Below, piece after piece: positions 25,267 through 32,000 of a stretch of 32,000 nt of DNA. Position numbers and translations under genes: made by a program. Source of the DNA: Mycolicibacterium smegmatis (lineage in GTDB: Bacteria; Actinomycetota; Actinomycetes; Mycobacteriales; Mycobacteriaceae); the NCBI RefSeq assembly GCF_001457595.1, contig NZ_LN831039.1:540001-572000 (forward strand), in the 5' to 3' direction. How positions within the stretch are numbered: position 1 is the first letter of the stretch; each line of letters opens with the position of its first letter. The notes beneath the pieces are model-generated. The model was not told where the DNA came from. It did no database searches and saw only the letters and a list, made by a program, of their open reading frames with translations.

Positions 25267-26052
25267 TCACCCGTCGCTGACGTCGACGACGTGCACCTGG
25301 ACACCGGCTGCGGTGATGCGGTCGAGTTCAGCGCGGTCTGCGGTCGAATCGGTCACCAGATGGTCGATCTGGTCGAGCGGCACCATCTTCGCGAGTGTCA
25401 CCTTGCCGATCTTCGAACCGTCGACAGCCACCACCACGCGCTGCGCGTTGGACGCCATGGCAATCGCTGTGCGTGCCTCACCCTCGTCGAAAGTCGTCGC
25501 CCCGATGCCGGCGGACATCCCGTCGGCGCCGAGCACCGCGGTCCCGACCGTGATCACCTGGAATGCATGCTCGGACATCGGGCCCACGGCCTCAAGGGAT
25601 TTCGAGCGCACCACACCGCCGGTCATGATCACCTTCATGTGCGCGTCCACGGCGCAGTCGGCTGCAATCGTCAGCGAGTTCGTGACGATGGTGATCTGCG
25701 GTCTGCCACGCAGCGCGCGCGCCACCTCGCCGGTGGTGATGCCGCCGGTGAGCGCGACGGCCTGCTGACCCGGAGGCACCAGTGCGGCCGCATGCTGGGC
25801 GATGCGTCGTTTGATGGCGACCATCCGGTGGTCGCGCAGCCGCACGGGGATCTCGCTGTCGCTCGGATCGACCGCTCGCGCGCCGCCGTGGGTGCGCACC
25901 AGCAGGCCCTGCTCCTCGAGCTCGCTGAGATCGCGGCGGAGCGTGGCCGCCGAGATCTTCAACTCCGTACACAGCACCTGAGAGGTCACCTCGCCGCGTT
26001 CGCGGAGCAGGGAAAGCACCTCGCGCATGCGGTCGGTGCGCTTGATCGACAT
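25267..26052 (-). CDS. DeoR-family transcriptional regulator (AgaR-like by context), 261 aa
   Basis: HTH VTSQVLCTELKISAATLRRDLSELEEQGLLVRTHGGA. ATG at 26052 (MSIKRTDRM...) with GAGGAG upstream. It is divergent from agaZ-agaS, as agaR is in E. coli. Confidence 0.85.
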   Translation of the reverse strand: MSIKRTDRMREVLSLLRERGEVTSQVLCTELKISAATLRRDLSELEEQGLLVRTHGGARAVDPSDSEIPVRLRDHRMVAIKRRIAQHAAALVPPGQQAVALTGGITTGEVARALRGRPQITIVTNSLTIAADCAVDAHMKVIMTGGVVRSKSLEAVGPMSEHAFQVITVGTAVLGADGMSAGIGATTFDEGEARTAIAMASNAQRVVVAVDGSKIGKVTLAKMVPLDQIDHLVTDSTADRAELDRITAAGVQVHVVDVSDG

Positions 26053-26094
26053 CGCTGACAACTCCTCGGTGTTCTTTGCGGCGCCCGTCAAACA

Positions 26095-26109
26095 ATCAGT
26101 TTTACTGAT
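26095..26109. promoter_or_regulatory. Inverted repeat ATCAGT-ttt-ACTGAT in the DeoR/agaZ divergent region
   Basis: Perfect 6-bp arms with a 3-nt spacer, 43 nt upstream of the DeoR start and 82 nt upstream of agaZ. Confidence 0.3.
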
Positions 26110-26190
26110 CGCTTCACGGCTTTGTATTGCGCGCTTTGAGCGAGCTTCTCATGATCTACGCATGTTGTTCACCTTCTGGGCCGAGAAGCC

Positions 26191-27513
26191 ATGACGCCAC
26201 ACTGGATTCGCGAAACGATCGCGCAGCACAAGACCGGCGATCCGGTCGGCGTGTACTCGGTCTGCTCGGCGCATCCCACCGTGGTGACCGCAGCCGTCAT
26301 GCAGGCCGCCGCGGACAACAGTTTCGTGCTCGTCGAGGCGACGTCGAACCAGGTCGACCAGTTCGGCGGCTATACCGGCATGCGGCCCGCCGACTTCCGC
26401 GACCTGGTGCACGGCATCGCCGACGAGCAGGGATTCGACCGCGACCGTGTGGTCCTCGGCGGTGACCATCTGGGCCCCAACCGTTGGCAGGACCAGCCGG
26501 CAGCGGTGGCTATGACCAACGCCGACGCGCTCATCGCGGCCTACGTCGAAGCCGGCTACCGCAAGATCCACCTCGATTGCAGCATGCGGTGCGCCGACGA
26601 TCCGGAGGTCCTGTCCGACGAGGTTGTGGCCGATCGCTCGGCACGGCTGTTGCGGGTGGCCGAACAGACCGCGAACCGCCTGGGCATCGAGCCCCCGGTC
26701 TACGTCATCGGCACCGAGGTACCGGTCCCCGGCGGCGCCCACGAGACGCTGACACGGCTCACGCCGACCCCGGCCGAGCACGCACGTCGAACCATCGAGG
26801 CGCATCAGGCGGCTTTCGCCGCAGCCGGGTTCGAATACGTGTGGCCGCGGATCGCCGCGCTCGTGGTGCAGCCAGGGGTGGAGTTCGACCACGTCAACGT
26901 CATCGACTACGAGCGCACCGCGACCGCGCAGCTGCGGCGGGTCCTCGACACCGAGGACCACATGGTGTTCGAGGCGCATTCGACGGATTACCAGAAACCG
27001 GACCAACTGCGTGAGCTGGTGGAGGACCATTGGGCCATCCTCAAAGTCGGCCCCGGTCTCACCTTCGCGATGCGCGAGGCGCTGTTCGCGCTCAGTCACA
27101 TCGAGGCCGAACTCGTCGACCCGGCATCTCGCGCGAACCTCATCGACGTCGTCGAACGGCGCATGCTCGCCGAGCCGCGGTACTGGCAGAGCTACTACGA
27201 GGGCGATCCGGTCACGCAGCGGACCGCGCGCCGGTACAGCTACAGCGACCGGTTGCGCTATTACTGGGCCGACGCCGAGGTGGACGCCGCGCGGCGAACA
27301 CTGCTGGCCAATCTCGACCGCACCGGGATCCCCGCACCGCTCATCAGCCAGTTCCTGCCCACGCAGTACGAACGTTTCCGCGCAGGCGAACTCGATCCCG
27401 ATCCCCGATCCTTGGTGATCGATCGAATACGCGATGCGCTTCGGCCCTATGCCGCGGCATGCCGCACCACCGACCACCACGCCACCGCTCTGACCACTGG
27501 AGTTGCCCGATGA
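26191..27513 (+). CDS. agaZ: GatZ/KbaZ/AgaZ-family protein (tagatose-bisphosphate aldolase non-catalytic subunit / tagatose-6-P epimerase family), 440 aa
   Basis: Near-collinear with E. coli AgaZ as recalled: VYSVCSAHP, VEATSNQVDQFGGYTGMRPADFR, GGDHLGPNRWQ, KIHLDCSM, VIGTEVPVPGGAHE, ALVVQPGVEFDH, FEAHSTDYQ, ILKVGPGLTFA. Confidence 0.85.
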   Translation: MTPHWIRETIAQHKTGDPVGVYSVCSAHPTVVTAAVMQAAADNSFVLVEATSNQVDQFGGYTGMRPADFRDLVHGIADEQGFDRDRVVLGGDHLGPNRWQDQPAAVAMTNADALIAAYVEAGYRKIHLDCSMRCADDPEVLSDEVVADRSARLLRVAEQTANRLGIEPPVYVIGTEVPVPGGAHETLTRLTPTPAEHARRTIEAHQAAFAAAGFEYVWPRIAALVVQPGVEFDHVNVIDYERTATAQLRRVLDTEDHMVFEAHSTDYQKPDQLRELVEDHWAILKVGPGLTFAMREALFALSHIEAELVDPASRANLIDVVERRMLAEPRYWQSYYEGDPVTQRTARRYSYSDRLRYYWADAEVDAARRTLLANLDRTGIPAPLISQFLPTQYERFRAGELDPDPRSLVIDRIRDALRPYAAACRTTDHHATALTTGVAR

Positions 27514-28652
27514 CCAGCCCGCAGGCCCACCACGCGGAGATCCCCGCCCAATCCGCCGGTGGCGCGACCATTCTCGAGATCGGGCAACAACCCGATGTGT
27601 GGCGTGAGATCGCCGGGCGTTCGGACGCCGAGACCAGCGAGTTCCTGCGACCGATCGTCGAACGCCCCGATCTGCGCGTCATCCTCACCGGCGCAGGCAG
27701 TTCGGCTTTCATCGGGGAGATCGTCGCGGCGTCCCTGCGTCGCAATCTCAAGCGCCGGGTCGAGGCCATCGCGACCACCGACATCGTCGCGGTCCCGCTG
27801 GATCACCTCGAACGCGATACGCCTACCCTGCTCGTGTCGTTCGGCCGGTCCGGGAACAGTCCGGAAAGTGTCGCGACGACAGAGCTTGCCGACGAACTCG
27901 TCACCGACGTCTGGCATCTGATCTTCACGTGCGATCCGGCGGGAACGCTGGCACGTACCCATGAGGGGCGTGCCAACTCCCGGGTGGTCCACATGCCCGC
28001 ACGCACCAACGACACGGGGTTCGCCATGACGTCGAGCCTGACGTCGATGTTGTTGTCCTGCTTGCTGACTCTGGGCGGGGTGCGCCCTGAGAGTGCCGAG
28101 GCGCTGGCTGCCGCGGCCGAGCACGTCTCCGGTCTGTCGTCGGACATCCGCGACCTCGCGCGGGCCAAGAAGCAACGGTTCGTCTACCTGGGCAGTGGAC
28201 CCCTGACCGGGCTGGCCCGTGAATCGGCGCTAAAGCTCCTCGAGCTCACCGCGGGCGAGGTGGTCACCTACTTCGACTCGTCGCTGGGCTTCCGGCACGG
28301 ACCCAAATCGGTTCTCGACTCCGACACCCTGGCCATCGTGTACGTGTCCACCGACCCCTACACGCGCCGGTACGACCTCGACATCATCGCCGAACTCCGC
28401 GAGCAGCTCGGTCAGGAGGCGGTGAAAGCGATCAGCGCCGAGCCCATTCCGGATGCTCTCGGCCCGGCGCTGGTGCTGCCCGGGCTCGGCGGACTCGACG
28501 ATGCGCAGGTGGCCCTGCCGTATCTGGTGTTCGCCCAGTATCTCGCCCTGTTCTCGTCTCTGGAGTACGGCAAGACCCCGGACAATCCGTTCCCGTCGGG
28601 GGAAGTCAGCCGCGTCGTCAAAGGCGTGACGATCCATCCGATGGAGCGGTGA
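27510..28652 (+). CDS. agaS: SIS-domain galactosamine-6-phosphate deaminase/isomerase, 380 aa
   Basis: Matches E. coli AgaS motifs: RVILTGAGSSAFIG, LLVSFGRSGNSPESVA, DTGFAMTSS, ARESALKLLELTAG, GFRHGPKS, DPYTRRYDLD. ATGA overlap with the agaZ stop. Confidence 0.85.
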   Translation: MTSPQAHHAEIPAQSAGGATILEIGQQPDVWREIAGRSDAETSEFLRPIVERPDLRVILTGAGSSAFIGEIVAASLRRNLKRRVEAIATTDIVAVPLDHLERDTPTLLVSFGRSGNSPESVATTELADELVTDVWHLIFTCDPAGTLARTHEGRANSRVVHMPARTNDTGFAMTSSLTSMLLSCLLTLGGVRPESAEALAAAAEHVSGLSSDIRDLARAKKQRFVYLGSGPLTGLARESALKLLELTAGEVVTYFDSSLGFRHGPKSVLDSDTLAIVYVSTDPYTRRYDLDIIAELREQLGQEAVKAISAEPIPDALGPALVLPGLGGLDDAQVALPYLVFAQYLALFSSLEYGKTPDNPFPSGEVSRVVKGVTIHPMER

Positions 28653-29629
28653 CCGACATGTCGCGCTATCTCGGGGTGGACGGCGGCGGATCGAAGACCG
28701 CCTTCGCCCTCATCGACGATCGGGGACGCATCCTGGCGCGCGCCACCGCACCGACGTCGTATTACTTCAACGACGGCTTCGACGTCGTGGAACGTGTTCT
28801 GGCGCAGGGTGTTTCCGAGGTCTGCGCACAAGCCGGGTGCACCTCCGCCGACATCGACGCCGCGTTCTTCGGAATACCCGGCTACGGTGAGGCCAGCGCC
28901 GACATCGCCCGCCTGGACGCGGTGCCCGCACGAGTGCTGGGGCATGACCGCTACCGCTGCGACAACGACATGGTGTGCGGCTGGGCCGGCTCCTTGGCCT
29001 GCGCTGACGGCATCAATGTCATCAGCGGCACCGGGTCCATGACCTACGGCGAACGTCAGGGTGTCGGACACCGCGTAGGTGGCTGGGGTGAGCTGTTCGG
29101 TGACGAAGGCTCCGCGTACTGGGTTGCCACACAGGGACTCAACGCGTTCACCCGGATGAGCGACGGCAGGCTCCCGCGCGGCCCACTGCATGCGATGCTC
29201 AAAGAGCGCCTGGAACTGACAGGCGACCTCGACGTCGTCAGCCTCGTCATCGAGAAGTGGTCGGGCAACCGCAGCAAGATCGCGGCACTGGCGACGACCG
29301 TGTGCGACGCCGCGCGCGACGGGGACGAGGCCGCCGCCCAGATCCTCTCCGCAGCGGTCGACGAACTCGTCGAGTTGGTCGACACCACCGCCAGGCTGGT
29401 CGGTTTCACCGAACACGAGACCGTACCCGTGTCGTACTCCGGAGGCATGTTCTCCGGAGCGGAATTCCTGCAGATGTTCACCACCGCACTCGAAAAGCGC
29501 CTCACCAAGTACGACCTGAAACGCCCCCTGCTCGATCCTGCACTCGGTGCCGCTCTCTACGCGGCAAAACACATCGGCCATCCCCTCGACGCCGACGCGC
29601 TGCACCAACTCGCCACATCCACACACTGA
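28649..29629 (+). CDS. BadF/BadG/BcrA/BcrD-type ATPase, N-acetylglucosamine/hexosamine kinase-like
   Basis: N-terminal YLGVDGGGSKTAFALID phosphate-1 motif and ISGTGS motif of the ASKHA fold. Start is GTG 28649 (GTGA overlap) or ATG 28658. Confidence 0.8.
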   Translation: MTDMSRYLGVDGGGSKTAFALIDDRGRILARATAPTSYYFNDGFDVVERVLAQGVSEVCAQAGCTSADIDAAFFGIPGYGEASADIARLDAVPARVLGHDRYRCDNDMVCGWAGSLACADGINVISGTGSMTYGERQGVGHRVGGWGELFGDEGSAYWVATQGLNAFTRMSDGRLPRGPLHAMLKERLELTGDLDVVSLVIEKWSGNRSKIAALATTVCDAARDGDEAAAQILSAAVDELVELVDTTARLVGFTEHETVPVSYSGGMFSGAEFLQMFTTALEKRLTKYDLKRPLLDPALGAALYAAKHIGHPLDADALHQLATSTH

Positions 29630-29650
29630 TTCGACCGAATCGAGCCCACC

Positions 29651-30616
29651 ATGACCATGTCACAGTCGAATTCACCCAAGGCTTCCGCCCGTCACCCACG
29701 CAGCTGGATCTTCTACGCGACGCTGTTGGTCATCTTCTGGGGTGTCTGGGGCGCGTTCTCGGCCCTGCCCGCCACCTGGTACGGCTACCCCGACGAGATG
29801 ATCTACTGCATCTGGGCGCTCACCATGATCATCCCCGCGGTGTTCGCGCTTCGCGGTGAGCGGTTCGACCGTCGCCCGAAGGCCGCCGTCTACGGCCTGC
29901 TGATCGGACTCACCGGTGCGGGCGGTCAGCTGCTGCTGTTCCAGGCGCTCACCATGGGCCCGGCCTACCTGATCTTCCCGATCGTCTCGATCTCGCCGGC
30001 GATCACCGTGCTGATGGCGATGGTGCTTCTGCGCGAACGCATCAGCGGACTGGCCGCTGTCGGCCTGATCGCCGCACTGGCCGCGATTGTGCTGTTCAGC
30101 ATCACCGGCGGCGAATCGGACGTCTCCTCGGGCCCATGGCTGCCGCTGGCCGTCCTGATCTGCGTCGCGTGGGGTGTGCAGGCGTACTTCATGCGCAAGA
30201 CCGCGACCATCGGCGTCAACGAGGCCACCACCTTCGGCTGGATGGCGATCACCGCCATCGCGCTCATCCCCGTCGCGGTCATCTCGATGGGCGGCATCCC
30301 CACCGGATTCCCTTGGCAGGCACCGGTTCTCACCGCAGGCACCCAGGTGCTCAACGCGGTCGGCGCGTTGTTCCTGGTCATGGCACTCAGCCGCGGCAAG
30401 GCCACCATCGTGGCGCCCACCACCAATGCGCTCGCACCCGCGCTGACCATCGTCGTGTCCCTCATCGCCTACCAGACGCTGCCGACCCCGTACGGTGCGG
30501 TGGGCATCGTGCTGGCGCTGCTGGGCTCCACGCTGATGGTCTACAGCGACGAGAAGCGGGGTGAGGCACCGACCGCCGCGGTCACCGCACCAGAGGCCAC
30601 GAGGAGCCGCGCGTGA
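29651..30616 (+). CDS. DMT-superfamily (EamA-like) membrane transporter, 321 aa
   Basis: About 10 hydrophobic spans arranged as two similar halves. The substrate is not inferable from sequence alone. Confidence 0.7.
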   Translation: MTMSQSNSPKASARHPRSWIFYATLLVIFWGVWGAFSALPATWYGYPDEMIYCIWALTMIIPAVFALRGERFDRRPKAAVYGLLIGLTGAGGQLLLFQALTMGPAYLIFPIVSISPAITVLMAMVLLRERISGLAAVGLIAALAAIVLFSITGGESDVSSGPWLPLAVLICVAWGVQAYFMRKTATIGVNEATTFGWMAITAIALIPVAVISMGGIPTGFPWQAPVLTAGTQVLNAVGALFLVMALSRGKATIVAPTTNALAPALTIVVSLIAYQTLPTPYGAVGIVLALLGSTLMVYSDEKRGEAPTAAVTAPEATRSRA

Positions 30617-31926
30617 AACCCACCGTTGCGATCATCGGCGCGGGTAGCGTCGAGTTCACCCGGGAACTGCTCGGCGACATCCTGTCGTTCCCCGAGCTCG
30701 CCACCACACGGATCGTGTTGCACGACATCAACACCGAGCGTCTCGAGACAGCGGAAGCCATCGCACGGGCCACCGCCCGCGCGGCGGACGCCGACCCCGA
30801 GATCAGCGCGACCACCGACCGCCGCCGCGCACTCGACGGCGCCGATTACGTCATCAACGTCATCCAGGTCGGTATGCACGAGGCCACCGTGCGGGACTTC
30901 GAGATCCCCGCCCGATACGGCCTGAACCAGACCATCGGTGACACCATCGGCATCGGCGGAATCTTCCGCGGCCTGCGGACCTTCCCGGTGCTGGCCGGCA
31001 TCGCCAGGGACATGCAGGAGGTGTGCCCCGATGCCTGGCTGCTTAACTACACCAACCCGATGGCCATGAACGTCACGTACCTGCACCACATCGCACCGCG
31101 GCTGAAGGTGCTCGGCCTGTGCCACTCGGTGTACTGGACCATGGTCGGCCTGTGTGAACTGATCGACGTTCCCTACGAGGAGGTCTCGTACTGGTCCGCC
31201 GGCGTCAACCACCAGGCCTGGGTCCTGCGATGGGAACGCAACGGCCAGAACCTTTATCCGGAACTCGACCGGCGTATCGCGGCCGACGCAGAGTTGCAGC
31301 GCCGGGTACGTGTCGACATGTACCGGCGTCTCGGTTACTACCCGACGGAGACCAGCGAACACTCCAGTGAGTACGTGCCGTGGTACGTACACCACCGGCA
31401 GGAAATCGACCGGCTGCGCATCAACGTCGGCGAGTACGTGTCGATCAGCAAGGCCAACCTCGCCGAATACGCCAGGATCCGGGAGGAACTGGCCGATGCC
31501 GACTCGCTGCCCATCGACACCGGCTCCACCGAGTACGCCCCGCAGGTGATCCACTCGCTGGAAACCGGTACCACCAGGGTCATCTCGGCCAACGTCGCCA
31601 ACCAGGGGCTCATCACCAACCTTCCCGACGGCCTGGCGGTCGAGGTTCCGACGACACTCGATGCGCTCGGCGCGCATCCCATGCGGGTGGGGGATCTGCC
31701 GCCCCAATGCGCCGCGCTCAACCGCAACTTCCTCGGTCCCGTCGATCTGACCGTCCGCGCGGCGATCGACGGTGATCCTCGGCTGGTCCGTGCCGCGGCC
31801 ATGGTCGACCCCAACACCGCGGCCACGCTGACCGTCGACCAGATCTGGGACCTGTGCGACGAATTGACCTCCGCGCACGGGGATCTGCTGCCCGAACCGC
31901 TGCGATCCGCCGTCTGTAACCCCTGA
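30613..31926 (+). CDS. Glycoside hydrolase family 4, alpha-galactosidase/alpha-glucosidase-like (MelA/AglA type), 437 aa
   Basis: VAIIGAGSVEFT NAD fold, GDTIGIGGIFRGLRT, LLNYTNPMAM, and GLCHSV metal/catalytic motif. GTG start with GAGGAG upstream, GTGA overlap with the DMT gene. Confidence 0.85.
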   Translation: MKPTVAIIGAGSVEFTRELLGDILSFPELATTRIVLHDINTERLETAEAIARATARAADADPEISATTDRRRALDGADYVINVIQVGMHEATVRDFEIPARYGLNQTIGDTIGIGGIFRGLRTFPVLAGIARDMQEVCPDAWLLNYTNPMAMNVTYLHHIAPRLKVLGLCHSVYWTMVGLCELIDVPYEEVSYWSAGVNHQAWVLRWERNGQNLYPELDRRIAADAELQRRVRVDMYRRLGYYPTETSEHSSEYVPWYVHHRQEIDRLRINVGEYVSISKANLAEYARIREELADADSLPIDTGSTEYAPQVIHSLETGTTRVISANVANQGLITNLPDGLAVEVPTTLDALGAHPMRVGDLPPQCAALNRNFLGPVDLTVRAAIDGDPRLVRAAAMVDPNTAATLTVDQIWDLCDELTSAHGDLLPEPLRSAVCNP

Positions 31927-31938
31927 CAACGACCCCTC

Positions 31939-32000
31939 ATGAATCCCGCCGAAAAAGGAGTGCCTACCGTGATACGACGCTGGTTGTGCCTGGCCGTGGT
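31939..32000 (+). CDS. 5' end of an unidentified gene (possibly starting at in-frame GTG 31969 after AAAGGAG); hydrophobic N-terminus
   Basis: ATGAATCCCGCCGAAAAAGGAGTGCCTACCGTGATACGACGCTGGTTGTGCCTGGCCGTGGT is open to the window edge. Only about 10-20 codons are visible. Confidence 0.25.
   Translation, partial: MNPAEKGVPTVIRRWLCLAV

Overview
High-GC actinobacterial chromosome segment. The taxon (Mycobacterium/Mycolicibacterium-like) is inferred from base composition, frequent GTG/TTG starts, 4-nt ATGA/GTGA stop-start overlaps and gene content; it was not searched. The window is densely coding. I saw no rRNA, tRNA, CRISPR array, transposase or integrase. There are five blocks. (1) 1-8399: an amide-utilisation cluster on the minus strand (NitT/TauT-type ABC importer, amidase-signature amidase, formamidase/acetamidase running off the window edge). 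It is divergent from a family-III CoA-transferase plus enoyl-CoA hydratase pair and has a LacI-type regulator. Two LacI-style palindromes sit in the divergent promoter. (2) 8442-9799: a DUF1361-like membrane protein preceded by a ~325-bp tandemly duplicated cassette. Each copy carries a 55-codon gene, below the size cut-off of the supplied ORF track, for a Sec-signal small peptide with an invariant HHDWVH motif. Each copy also carries its own hairpin and a conserved upstream direct-repeat motif. This is the least explained element in the window. (3) 9800-16876: a compact B12-type diol/glycerol dehydratase operon (alpha-beta fusion, short gamma, shortened reactivase alpha, no reactivase beta, no microcompartment shell genes). 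It is divergent from an APC permease and a PucR-type regulator, with a twice-repeated CAACA-N3-TGTTG palindrome between them. (4) 16886-25182: a DeoR / GH4 6-phospho-glycosidase / NagB operon divergent from a PfkB kinase plus sugar ABC importer. (5) 25267-31926: an AgaR-like DeoR regulator divergent from agaZ-agaS, a BadF-type kinase, a DMT permease and a GH4 alpha-glycosidase. No class II aldolase partner and no N-acetyl deacetylase is present in the window. Many long ORFs in the supplied track are antisense or upstream-extension artefacts of the high GC content. All family calls come from motif recognition by eye; no database search was possible.
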